Origin: a virus
Virus genome (UHGV): UHGV-0211193
Direction: 5' to 3' (one strand)
Length of the DNA: 42,026 nucleotides
The notes under the pieces were generated by a model. The model worked only from the letters and a program-made list of their open reading frames with translations. It ran no database searches and was not told where the DNA came from. Positions 33,872 to 41,797 of this stretch are shown here, piece by piece. Position 1 is the first letter of the stretch; each line of letters starts with the position of its first letter. Position numbers and translations under genes: made by a program.

Positions 33872-34081
33872 TCACTCTAATATCTCCATTATTTTTCTTT
33901 TAAATTGAATTAATTCGCCATTACTTCCTAATTCATAATCCTTAAAAAGACCTATTACTTTTTGAATTTTCTCTGCCTGATAATCCCAAGCCTCCTCAGC
34001 AATCTCTTGTTGATTTAAGCAAACTCCGTTTTGATTTTCAAAAAGATCAAAATACCAATCATTAAAATTATTAATACTCAT
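33872..34081 (-). CDS. Hypothetical protein of 69 aa.
   Basis: ORF coupled to the upstream gene. Confidence 0.35.
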   Translation of the reverse strand: MSINNFNDWYFDLFENQNGVCLNQQEIAEEAWDYQAEKIQKVIGLFKDYELGSNGELIQFKRKIMEILE

Positions 34082-34326
34082 ACTCTCACCATCCCAAATT
34101 TTTTAACCAACTTTTTAGATTTAACTTTCTTTGGTTTTAGATTCTTATACTTGCGATAAACAATAAAAGGAAATAAAACCACGCTTAAGATAAGAGAAGC
34201 GATACCCATCAAACCCATAAACACATGAGCCAATGCTACCAACAACTCAGCAACCAATTTATGTGAGAGCTTAAACATATTAAAAACATCTACCAATGCA
34301 AGCCAAATTGATTTGATTAAAAGCAT
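34078..34326 (-). CDS. Small membrane protein of 82 aa, the first gene after the late-region promoter.
   Basis: Two hydrophobic helices. RBS AGGGAGAAATGAA. Promoter motif lies 18 nt upstream. Confidence 0.45.
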   Translation of the reverse strand: MLLIKSIWLALVDVFNMFKLSHKLVAELLVALAHVFMGLMGIASLILSVVLFPFIVYRKYKNLKPKKVKSKKLVKKFGMVRV

Positions 34327-34343
34327 TTCATTTCTCCCTATCT

Positions 34344-34360
34344 ATATTCGCTATAGTAAA
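34344..34360 (-). promoter_or_regulatory. Perfect copy of the 17-mer TTTACTATAGCGAATAT (minus orientation) at the start of the late-gene block.
   Basis: Identical to the copies at 1172 and 37652. Immediately preceded by a terminator on the same strand. Confidence 0.55.
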
Positions 34361-34392
34361 TCATATTTATAAGTAATGCAATATTTAAAGCA

Positions 34393-34417
34393 AAAAAAAG
34401 ACTGCTTGGAGGCAGTC
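34393..34417 (-). terminator. Rho-independent terminator ending the leftward early transcript (GACUGC-cuccaa-GCAGUC followed by U8).
   Basis: Perfect 6-bp stem and a T8 run on the minus strand. Confidence 0.7.
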
Positions 34418-34435
34418 GAAGGGAAGTAACTAAAT

Positions 34436-34501
34436 TTAGATGAAGTGAACCGCATGATGAACCCATGCCCTGTACAGATAATTCACTTCTCTAAATTGCC
34501 T
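34436..34501. repeat. Structured repeat unit A: TTAGATGAAGTG, 36-nt loop, CACTTCTCTAA, followed by ATTGCCT.
   Basis: Imperfect 11-bp inverted repeat with a 1-nt bulge. A second copy lies 225 bp away. Confidence 0.5.
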
Positions 34502-34660
34502 GTCTATTTCCAAGCTGTCAGACTACACTGATACACTTTGCATTTTGTCTATGCGCTAATACCACACTGTATCTAGGGGCTAAGGGTTGCCATTTCATTG
34601 TTCCCTTTCGCATCACGTAATCTCCCTTTCGGGTTTTGGCGTTCGTGAATATTTATTAAC

Positions 34661-34727
34661 TTAGATGAAGTAATTTAGCCTTTAACTGCGTATATCCACA
34701 GGGTTTAATTACTTCTCTAAATTGCCT
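34661..34727. repeat. Structured repeat unit B: TTAGATGAAGTA, 37-nt loop, TACTTCTCTAA, followed by ATTGCCT.
   Basis: Same arms as unit A, with a compensatory G-C to A-T change at the stem base. The loop sequence is unrelated. Confidence 0.5.
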
Positions 34728-34978
34728 ACTTTCAGGCGGTCAGGCACTGCGTATGCCAAGTTTAATTAACATCAATCGGGATTGCATGCCCCAAGCTATA
34801 TACAATTAATTAAACCACACCAAACTTTCTTGGCAGTCATTTGTTTACACGCTGATGGCAACGTGCGAATAGTTGCAGCTCCTGCTATTGACTCCTCATA
34901 GTCAAATTAATAACTATGTATCTATGCCAACCATTTGCAATGGATTCACTCAGCAAAACAATATTATCAAAACCACAA

Positions 34979-35260
34979 TTATTTGCAAGTAACAATTTCA
35001 ATAGCAGCTTCAACCGAATTAGCCACGCTTACTTGACCATTCCAATTGGCGTGCCACTCAACTTGATCAGTCGTTAGCTTTTGGCCTGAAGGCGGTTTAT
35101 TACCGTCCTTGATTTCGATTAAAAAGTTTTTACCCTGAAAACCCACCAAAATATCAGGGCAACCCTTGCCAACACTAGAAAGAATTTGGACAGTACACCC
35201 AATCTTTCTAAGTTCTGCTACTATTTCATTTTGGTTTGCGTCAATTTTAGCTGCTCTCAT
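34979..35260 (-). CDS. VRR-NUC-like PD-(D/E)xK nuclease of 93 aa.
   Basis: GCPDILVGFQGKNFLIEIKDG gives a PD...E.K motif. The size is typical of VRR-NUC phage proteins. Confidence 0.4.
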   Translation of the reverse strand: MRAAKIDANQNEIVAELRKIGCTVQILSSVGKGCPDILVGFQGKNFLIEIKDGNKPPSGQKLTTDQVEWHANWNGQVSVANSVEAAIEIVTCK

Positions 35261-35682
35261 TCTGGACGCTTCCGCAATGATTGTTTCCAGTCGCCCTTGT
35301 ATCCAAAATCAGGAGCTAAGCAAATATTACAATTTTGGTAAAACTCAGTATTGTCTCGGCGCGGCTCTCGCTCATACCAAAAACATCGACCATCTTTATC
35401 CATTACCCAATAATTGTATCGTTCAGATGCACCATCCCAATCAATCACAAAATTCTCAGGCGCATATCTGGGCTGTTCCACACCATTAATAAATGTTTGC
35501 TGAATTGCCATTGGCAAACCCTTATCCTTGCGCTTTTCATCTTCTGCAAGCATTAAGTCTGCATATTTCCAAGACTGTGCCACCAATAAATCAAGACTAT
35601 AATTACTACTTAATACTTCCATATCAATTCCACGCAAAGCAAAAGCATGCGCTAATTCTAATTTATTCATTTTCACCACCAA
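35257..35682 (-). CDS. Hypothetical protein of 141 aa, paralogous at its C-terminus to the 3890-4093 product.
   Basis: ATGA coupling to the downstream gene. Shared GDWK.SL..RP motif. Confidence 0.4.
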   Translation of the reverse strand: MVVKMNKLELAHAFALRGIDMEVLSSNYSLDLLVAQSWKYADLMLAEDEKRKDKGLPMAIQQTFINGVEQPRYAPENFVIDWDGASERYNYWVMDKDGRCFWYEREPRRDNTEFYQNCNICLAPDFGYKGDWKQSLRKRPE

Positions 35683-35694
35683 TTAAATTTTCAA

Positions 35695-35967
35695 TTAATT
35701 TGCTATATCCGCCAATGTCATGCCATGAATCGTACCATCGTCCGCCTGAGCTACGGTTTTAATTGATACTGTCCAGATTTGCTTACGTTCAACTCGACCA
35801 GAAACAAGCAATTGAACAAAGTTCCCTTTATAGATTTTAACCAAGTCATCATCATTAACTTCTCGTGTTAATGAATCCACATACTCAGCAGTAGAGATAA
35901 TTTCCCATTCTGCAACCAACTTTTGTTTAACTTTCTTCATTTTGCTTAACCTTTCTTTTGCGGCCAC
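35695..35967 (-). CDS. Hypothetical protein of 90 aa.
   Basis: ORF overlapping the upstream gene. Confidence 0.35.
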   Translation of the reverse strand: MAAKERLSKMKKVKQKLVAEWEIISTAEYVDSLTREVNDDDLVKIYKGNFVQLLVSGRVERKQIWTVSIKTVAQADDGTIHGMTLADIAN

Positions 35968-36784
35968 GTTTTACATCAATTTCATATTCACACTGACAAC
36001 AACGATAACGAGTAATTCCCTTAACGCCATTTTCTGCATTCTTTGTCATTCTAAGATCAGTGTAGTCATGATGCTTACAATAACCCTTAAAAAATCTTTC
36101 ACCTGATGCAATAGCCTTGTTAAAGTTTTCTTTATTAACAGCTAGTCTGCGGTGTCGCTCTGGATCAACCATTTTTAGGCTTTTTTCTTTATCCCTCTCC
36201 TTGCAGCAATCAAAACAAAAAAAGCTTAATTTTTTACCATAAAACCTAAACTCTGCATTTTCGCCATGATGAATACAATCAAACCGAAATGATTTTTTGC
36301 CAGTTCTCTTATGAATCAATCTAAGTTCTGCAATCTTCATTTTTCTCAAAGTAGACGGCTTAAACTCCTTAGCTTTAGGTTTAGGCTTAGGCTTAGGCTT
36401 AGGCTTAGGTTTTGCTATCTTTTTAGGCTTTGGCGGTTTAACTTTTTTAGGTTTTTCCACCTTGACCTTAACTACTTTCTTGCCAACATCTTTACCCTTG
36501 CGAATAGTCCTGTTTCTTTCTTCAATCAATTCGCTTGACGTTTCTTTAATACTTGGGTCAAATACTCGATCCTCTTTCTTTGGTCTCCCTGAACCTTTGG
36601 TTGGGATTTTCCCATCTTTAAATTCGGTATACCCGCATGGAAGTTCGTTTACCTTTCCACCATTAGCTAGAAAAATCTCCAAATCGCTTTCTAGCTTGTT
36701 TCGTAATTTTTGCTTATCCTGCACATCCGAAAAAACATAACCGCCTAAAAATTCTTTTCGGTTAATCAATTCTTCTTTAAGCAT
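35927..36784 (-). CDS. Novel-looking protein of 285 aa with an N-terminal domain, a (KP)6 proline-lysine linker, and a duplicated Cys/His zinc-binding module.
   Basis: AKPKPKPKPKPKPKAK is encoded by a CTTAGG hexamer array. It carries CIHHG...CFDCC and YCKHHD...RYRCCQCEY modules. Confidence 0.5.
   Translation of the reverse strand: MLKEELINRKEFLGGYVFSDVQDKQKLRNKLESDLEIFLANGGKVNELPCGYTEFKDGKIPTKGSGRPKKEDRVFDPSIKETSSELIEERNRTIRKGKDVGKKVVKVKVEKPKKVKPPKPKKIAKPKPKPKPKPKPKAKEFKPSTLRKMKIAELRLIHKRTGKKSFRFDCIHHGENAEFRFYGKKLSFFCFDCCKERDKEKSLKMVDPERHRRLAVNKENFNKAIASGERFFKGYCKHHDYTDLRMTKNAENGVKGITRYRCCQCEYEIDVKRGRKRKVKQNEES
36373..36410. repeat. Tandem hexanucleotide repeat (CTTAGG, about 4 perfect and 2 imperfect copies) encoding the PK repeat.
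   Basis: Seen directly: ctttaggtttaggcttaggcttaggcttaggcttaggtttt. Confidence 0.7.
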
Positions 36785-37412
36785 TTTTTAATCCTTTTTT
36801 TAATTGCTCAACGACGATTTTTATTTCAGCCTCTTTTTCCCACCAATACGCTGGCAAATCATCTGATTCATCGAGCACAACGGAACAGTATTCTCTTGGA
36901 TCAAGACTGTTTAAAATCCAGATTAATTGACCAACTTTGTAGTTCTTTCCACAAGCTGGCACTTCGATTTCAAGTTTTACGGTGCGGGGTTTTAGACGGA
37001 ACTCGTAATATTCATCTGCATCAAAAGCACTAATCATTAAGGTTGGAAATACATCAATCCAGTTATCACGATTACTGTCTTTTTTGTCTCTAAGCTGAAT
37101 ATACTCACCTTTAGCCCACGCAAGTTTTGCTTCTTCACCGCTGATTAAGCCTTGTTCTTTTGACTTACTTTGAGCAACAAGATCACGGAGTTTTTCTATG
37201 CTAATTGTCCTACCGTATTGTGAATCAAAAAAACCCGTCCACTCAACAAACTTATCACCATCATTACTACCAACAATAAGGTATTTTGCTTTTTGTGAAA
37301 TCCATGTTGATAGAATATCAATGTAAAATTCACAACCCATACTCAACAATAAAGCATGAGCCTCGCGAATCAACTTCTCATCACCCTTAACTTCTACTTG
37401 AAATTTTTCCAT
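36777..37412 (-). CDS. Hypothetical protein of 211 aa.
   Basis: ORF overlapping its neighbours by 8 nt. Confidence 0.4.
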   Translation of the reverse strand: MEKFQVEVKGDEKLIREAHALLLSMGCEFYIDILSTWISQKAKYLIVGSNDGDKFVEWTGFFDSQYGRTISIEKLRDLVAQSKSKEQGLISGEEAKLAWAKGEYIQLRDKKDSNRDNWIDVFPTLMISAFDADEYYEFRLKPRTVKLEIEVPACGKNYKVGQLIWILNSLDPREYCSVVLDESDDLPAYWWEKEAEIKIVVEQLKKGLKNA

Positions 37413-37415
37413 TTC

Positions 37416-37628
37416 TCACTTCCCATTATTAACTTGATTATTTACGATTACTGTTTGATTTCCGCCCTTATTGGTTAATGACCAAATAAATGCAACAAAC
37501 CAAAATACTACCGTCCAACCAAGCAATAAATTAACTGCAAAGATTGCCCATTTACTACCATGACCACGCGCAAACGCAATAATTGTCGGTATAAAATGTA
37601 AGATTGTTGCTACGATTAAGATTTCCAT
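37416..37628 (-). CDS. Small membrane protein of 70 aa with 2 transmembrane segments.
   Basis: Helices ILIVATILHFIPTIIAFA and LLLGWTVVFWFVAFIW. A promoter motif lies 24 nt upstream of its RBS. Confidence 0.45.
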   Translation of the reverse strand: MEILIVATILHFIPTIIAFARGHGSKWAIFAVNLLLGWTVVFWFVAFIWSLTNKGGNQTVIVNNQVNNGK

Positions 37629-37651
37629 TTTACTTCCCGTTTAACTAACTT

Positions 37652-37668
37652 ATATTCGCTATAGTAAA
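37652..37668 (-). promoter_or_regulatory. Perfect copy of the 17-mer TTTACTATAGCGAATAT (minus orientation), with TTGCAA 16 nt upstream of the TACTAT.
   Basis: Identical to the 1172 and 34344 copies. Confidence 0.55.
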
Positions 37669-37693
37669 CTATTTAGATTTAATTGCAAGCATA

Positions 37694-37876
37694 ATTTTTA
37701 AATTATTTGCAGGTTTTTATGGGCTTTAAGGTGGAAACAAGAGTATCGGCGCTATCACCTGTTAAAACATCCAACAAACAGCAACTTTCAACACTAGAAC
37801 CAATATTATTCCAAATTAAAAATATCTCCCATTTTCTGCCATTCCAATAAACCCGATCACCAACTTTGTATTTCAT
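37694..37876 (-). CDS. Unannotated small protein of about 60 aa (MKYKVGDRVYWNGRKWEIFLIW...).
   Basis: Its ATG overlaps the stop of 37873-38574 (ATGA). It ends just before the promoter motif. The KVGD.V...G..W.I pattern resembles the DUF2158-like product at 27508. Confidence 0.4.
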
Positions 37877-38574
37877 TTTTTAACACCCTTCAAACTATCC
37901 AATAAGATTACTTTCATTGCTTCAGGTTGACTTAATCCTGAATCAACCAGTTCTTTAAATCTATTTTTTGTCTCCTCCATTGCTTGCTTTTGCTCATCAG
38001 TCAAATTTGATGAGTAATCAACAAACTCCGAATCAATAGTTTTCTTCTCAATTTTTGGTGGCTCAACCCAAATAGATTGTAATTCACCCTTCTTAATTAA
38101 TTCCTTTACTACTTCCGTATAAGTCTCTTTGAACGACTCAAAAGCATAATACTTTGCCTTCTCATAGTTACTTGCCCACTGTAGTTGATTAAACATGTCG
38201 TAAACGCGATTGTAAGCCTCTCTCTCGGCGTTTGTGATAGAAACCGATGAATCACCAAGCCAAGCGTTAATATTGGCTAGAGCAGCCGTTTTAGGCTTAT
38301 ATGACTGCTTAACGTAATCTTCACACCATTCACGAAATTCTGTAAACACTGGGCAGAATTTTGCAGTACGCATGGTTTGCAATCCAAACTTAATATGGTC
38401 AGGTGTCATTCCTTGCATAATCTCGCAACAAGTCGAAATCAAACCTTCCATGTATTGCTCGTCAGTCATGCCATTTCTTTTTGGATACGTGTTATCAAAA
38501 CGTGCCCCAAAATAACCTTGCATCTTTTCGATTAAACCCATAGCCCATTTTCTAGGAAATTCTTGCTCAATCAT
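37873..38574 (-). CDS. Putative replication accessory protein (lambda P-like helicase-loader position). No Walker motif is seen.
   Basis: Coupled downstream of the initiator-like gene (ATGA). 233 aa. Confidence 0.3.
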   Translation of the reverse strand: MIEQEFPRKWAMGLIEKMQGYFGARFDNTYPKRNGMTDEQYMEGLISTCCEIMQGMTPDHIKFGLQTMRTAKFCPVFTEFREWCEDYVKQSYKPKTAALANINAWLGDSSVSITNAEREAYNRVYDMFNQLQWASNYEKAKYYAFESFKETYTEVVKELIKKGELQSIWVEPPKIEKKTIDSEFVDYSSNLTDEQKQAMEETKNRFKELVDSGLSQPEAMKVILLDSLKGVKK

Positions 38575-39458
38575 TCTTTATGCTCCAAAAAGTTGTATTG
38601 GTAATCAGGTGTAACATCTCTCATCATCTCTTGTTGCATGTAATCAGCCATAGATGGCGTTTGTCTGCTCTGTGGTGTTGAGTAGCTAGGTTGTTTATTT
38701 TGAATCCAAGATGGATCAAATCCTTTCCAGTCTCTTTGAATACATATTTCTAAAATCTGATTCAATCCCATATTCGATTTATTCACGTTATTCATGAACA
38801 GATCAAATGCTTTTTCAGTGTTAGTCGCCTTCTTGTTTTTTCTAACTGCCATGAATGCAATTGCTAAATCCTCAGTAGCTCCTTTCTCAATTAACGATTT
38901 CTTAAAGTCAAAACGTTTCGGCTTGTCCGAACTCGAAACGAAAGTTTCGTGATTTTCGGTATCAGTGTTTAAGGAATCAGGAATCAAGGTAGAGGGAATC
39001 AGGTTAAGGGAATCAGCACGATCAGTTCCGTTTTGATCATGATTAGTTCCGTTTAAATCAAGATTATTCTCGATATTTTCTAAACCATTAACTTTATTAG
39101 TGTTTTTATTAACACTATTGTCATTAAGGTCAATGTCTGGAATATCGCTACCTTTCTCTCGCTCATTCTTGTGTGGATTTTGATGTTTCATAAAATTTAA
39201 GATTTTTATGTATCGTTGTCCTTGTACGGAATAAATCGAGATAAATCCAGATAAATCCAGATTATTCGTGAGTTGTTCAATATTGCAATCGTCATAAGGC
39301 AATAGCTGAACCTTTAGACGCTTTGGTCGATACTCAAAGCAACCCTTAAAATCAGCAATAGTCCACATCCCAATAAACAAAAGTCTGGTTAATGGGCATA
39401 ATTCTCCAAGCTCTTCATTCTCAAAAAATGAAGGTTTAATATTTCTAGCTCTAGCCAT
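38571..39458 (-). CDS. Putative replication initiator (lambda O-like organiser) with internal origin iterons and a low-complexity linker.
   Basis: N-terminal globular region, an N/D/S/T-rich linker, and direct DNA repeats plus an AT-rich tract inside the coding sequence. Confidence 0.4.
   Translation of the reverse strand: MARARNIKPSFFENEELGELCPLTRLLFIGMWTIADFKGCFEYRPKRLKVQLLPYDDCNIEQLTNNLDLSGFISIYSVQGQRYIKILNFMKHQNPHKNEREKGSDIPDIDLNDNSVNKNTNKVNGLENIENNLDLNGTNHDQNGTDRADSLNLIPSTLIPDSLNTDTENHETFVSSSDKPKRFDFKKSLIEKGATEDLAIAFMAVRKNKKATNTEKAFDLFMNNVNKSNMGLNQILEICIQRDWKGFDPSWIQNKQPSYSTPQSRQTPSMADYMQQEMMRDVTPDYQYNFLEHKE
38960..39270. repeat. Candidate origin of replication inside the initiator gene. 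It has GGAATCAG in 4 copies (38973-39016), an AT-rich tract (39040-39230) and ATAAATCCAG in 3 tandem copies (39231-39260).
   Basis: Direct repeats seen in the sequence. The architecture parallels the lambda ori within the O gene. Confidence 0.4.
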
Positions 39459-40194
39459 TTATTAGAATCTCCATAGACTCCCTAAACTGAGTCCAGTTTT
39501 TAACATCCAGAGCAACCTGTTTTAGCTCGTCAGTAGTTATGCCGCACTCTACAGCTTGCATCATCCAGTCTAAAGATTTTCTTTCATCCACATAAGAAAT
39601 TCTATTTTTTAAAATCCCTCGTATGTATCTAATCTCTTTTTCTGAGTCACTTTTTCTGTTGAAAAATGCAACTTTTGGAATTGCTAAAAACATTGCAGAA
39701 TGATCAAGTTCTCCATCAGTGGTATACACATCTCGCAAATCATCAATGGCTTGTAAAATTTCGACTAATTCAAATTTTGAAAGCCAATTTTTAATCGTGG
39801 ATATTCCGTAATCATTAACTTTTGCACAAATTCTTTCCTCAATTCTTGTTTTGATATTTTCAAGAATCTCATTATCAAAGTTCTTTAACTCATCTCTCCA
39901 ATCAAGCATCATTTGAAGTTGAGACCTTCTTTCGTCTAATTCTTCAAGCATTCGTCTTTGCTTTTCAATTACACTATTGTCATCAAGAAGCCTATGTTTT
40001 TTCCCTGAGTTGCATGGTTGGCATGAAGTTATCAAATTTAAGATGTCATTATCCCCACCATTGTTTACTGGATTAATGTGATCCACGTGCAATACAACAT
40101 CAGGCGCAGATGCTCCACAATATTGGCATTTAAATTGATCTCTTTTAAAAACCTCAAATCTAATTTTCTTTGAAAGCGGCTCTCTTTTTGACAT
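39451..40194 (-). CDS. HNH endonuclease of 247 aa with a C-terminal extension.
   Basis: CQYCG...LHVDHINPVNNGGDNDILNLITSCQPCNSGKKHR matches the canonical HNH motif (C..C...DHI.P...GG...N....C..CN..K). Confidence 0.7.
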   Translation of the reverse strand: MSKREPLSKKIRFEVFKRDQFKCQYCGASAPDVVLHVDHINPVNNGGDNDILNLITSCQPCNSGKKHRLLDDNSVIEKQRRMLEELDERRSQLQMMLDWRDELKNFDNEILENIKTRIEERICAKVNDYGISTIKNWLSKFELVEILQAIDDLRDVYTTDGELDHSAMFLAIPKVAFFNRKSDSEKEIRYIRGILKNRISYVDERKSLDWMMQAVECGITTDELKQVALDVKNWTQFRESMEILING

Positions 40195-40499
40195 TATTCA
40201 CACTCCAATTTAGTTAATTTATGCATATATTCAAGCTGTGATGACAGCCACTCGTTTTTAGTTCCACTTTTCTCAATAGCAAACATTATTTCAACAATTG
40301 CATCCTGTATTGACCACATAAATAAATCCATTTCTTTAAGCTCTTCTTCTTTTTTTATAAGCTCATTCATTTTTTCCTCTGTTACAGTATAAAATGCAGT
40401 TGAACTATTGCTCAAAATACGAGTTATTGGATTTTCTTTGGCAATTTTGGTTGGTGACTGCCTAAATGATGCCAGGTTTACATTTGGTATTAATTTCAT
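40194..40499 (-). CDS. Hypothetical early protein. The true start is likely ATG 40499 (MKLIPNVN...).
   Basis: RBS AAAGGAGAG 4 nt before ATG 40499. The annotated upstream extension overlaps the promoter. Confidence 0.4.
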   Translation of the reverse strand: MKLIPNVNLASFRQSPTKIAKENPITRILSNSSTAFYTVTEEKMNELIKKEEELKEMDLFMWSIQDAIVEIMFAIEKSGTKNEWLSSQLEYMHKLTKLECE

Positions 40500-40520
40500 A
40501 AAACTCTCCTTTTGATTCCT

Positions 40521-40549
40521 TATTATGTACATAGTCATGTACAATATCA
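40521..40549 (-). promoter_or_regulatory. Sigma70-like promoter (TTGATA, 17-nt spacer, CATAAT) with an embedded 7-4-7 inverted repeat, TGTACAT-gact-ATGTACA (40525-40542), that is a candidate operator.
   Basis: The hexamers and spacing are seen on the minus strand. The palindrome occupies the spacer. Confidence 0.5.
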
Positions 40550-40601
40550 AATAAATTATTTTTATAATTAATTGTGAAATTCATAACTTAAAATTTCAAA
40601 G

Positions 40602-40627
40602 ACAAATAAAAAGCCCACTAGGGGCTT
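40602..40627 (-). terminator. Rho-independent terminator (AAGCCC-5 nt-GGGCTT followed by UUUUUAUUU). The stop codon of 40618-40809 lies in its loop.
   Basis: 6-bp stem with a T-rich tract on the minus strand. Confidence 0.55.
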
Positions 40628-40809
40628 GTAATTATTTTTAGATCAGAAATTGGAACAGTGAATAATTCCATGTTCCTTAGTGATTGTATTTTTGCAGTTC
40701 CATTGCAATTGATTTCCCTAACAATAAATTTTGAATCATCCCTGTTTTTTGATATAAAAGCGACAATACTTCTAATTCCAATTATCTGGATTTCTTTATT
40801 TTTGATCAT
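40618..40809 (-). CDS. Hypothetical protein of 63 aa.
   Basis: ORF in an early operon context. Confidence 0.35.
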   Translation of the reverse strand: MIKNKEIQIIGIRSIVAFISKNRDDSKFIVREINCNGTAKIQSLRNMELFTVPISDLKIITSP

Positions 40810-41057
40810 TTACTTCTCTCCAACTTAAAATAATTAAAACACTCATTGTTATAAACACGTCTTTCGAATGAGCCACAGGCTTTGCATGCTTTTGTGTGCA
40901 TAAATGTTCTTTTACCCATCGACCTCGCATTTGTCCTTCTGATACGCCATAATGGCACTCCAGCTTTAGGCTCAATCTCGCCATTGATTTTAAAAGGTAT
41001 GGACGCATAGCCAAAACGGTCGGGGTTCATGAAGCCGTCATTAATTACTGTTTGCAT
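40806..41057 (-). CDS. Hypothetical basic protein of 83 aa with a CKACG motif.
   Basis: ORF coupled to its neighbours. Preferred over the overlapping frame 40796-41014. Confidence 0.35.
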   Translation of the reverse strand: MQTVINDGFMNPDRFGYASIPFKINGEIEPKAGVPLWRIRRTNARSMGKRTFMHTKACKACGSFERRVYNNECFNYFKLERSK

Positions 41058-41280
41058 TTTTCTTTTGTTCCTTAATAAATAATCTAACCAATGGAATTAA
41101 ACCTTGCTCAGTCGTAAAGTGGTCGCCAGTAAGTCGTGAATAGATCGGATACCAAACTCCGCGAACTTCTACTTGCAAAACTTGAAATTGACCTTTGCCA
41201 TTTCGGTATTGAAATTGTTCTTTAATTAAGAATGATTTAAATTCTTCCAATTTTGATTTATGCAGTAATGCTCGTTTCAT
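41041..41280 (-). CDS. Hypothetical protein of 79 aa.
   Basis: ORF. Confidence 0.35.
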   Translation of the reverse strand: MKRALLHKSKLEEFKSFLIKEQFQYRNGKGQFQVLQVEVRGVWYPIYSRLTGDHFTTEQGLIPLVRLFIKEQKKNANSN

Positions 41281-41468
41281 TTTGATTGCTCCTTAATTTT
41301 CTGTAATACACCAATCAACTCACCTAGTGATTTTTCATCTAGCCAAATATAATCATCATCTTGGTTTAAAAGAACATGACCAGCATTATCAACACAGACT
41401 ATTAACTCAGTGTAACCACTAGTGATATTCGCAATTACTTTTTGCTTTGAATTTAATAAATCAATCAT
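41277..41468 (-). CDS. Hypothetical protein of 63 aa.
   Basis: ATGA coupling. Confidence 0.35.
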   Translation of the reverse strand: MIDLLNSKQKVIANITSGYTELIVCVDNAGHVLLNQDDDYIWLDEKSLGELIGVLQKIKEQSK

Positions 41469-41701
41469 TTCTTCACCTCAAATATTTTTCCACACTCTAA
41501 GCACTTAAGTTTTACTGTGCTTGTTGGATTTAGCTGCATGTCATATGTTGCAGATTCACTAATCTTTTCCAAATCTTTGTGATGGCACTTAGCTTGCTTT
41601 CTGCCAATTCTTTTTGATTCCAAGAACAGAACAATAGAGCACACGACACAGGCGCAAATTATTCTCATCGTAAAATCAAGGTTTTCGGTAAAATCCACCA
41701 T
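41465..41701 (-). CDS. Small membrane protein with a C-terminal zinc ribbon (CHHKD...CLECGK).
   Basis: Transmembrane helix IICACVVCSIVLFL. RBS GGGAG. Confidence 0.4.
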   Translation of the reverse strand: MVDFTENLDFTMRIICACVVCSIVLFLESKRIGRKQAKCHHKDLEKISESATYDMQLNPTSTVKLKCLECGKIFEVKK

Positions 41702-41777
41702 TTTGCTTACTCCCTAAAAATTAAAACAATTGTTCCACATCTTAAATTAATTTGCAATAGCGAATTTATTAGATAAT

Positions 41778-41797
41778 TAAAAACCCGAATTAACGGG
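41778..41797 (-). terminator. Terminator hairpin after the Cro-like gene (CCCG-uuaauu-CGGG followed by U5).
   Basis: 4-bp GC stem with a U-run. Followed by the TTGCAA / ATAGCGAA promoter-like sequence at 41750-41767. Confidence 0.4.

Noticed and set aside
34436-34727. The paired hairpin repeats as tRNA genes or a CRISPR mini-array
   Set aside because: There is no T-loop (GTTCRANYC) or acceptor-stem architecture, so they are not tRNAs. There are only two copies 225 bp apart and the spacer is not unique in the CRISPR sense, so they are not an array.
40796-41014. 72-aa ORF overlapping 40806-41057 in another frame
   Set aside because: Mutually exclusive with 40806-41057, which fits the ATGA-coupled gene chain better.
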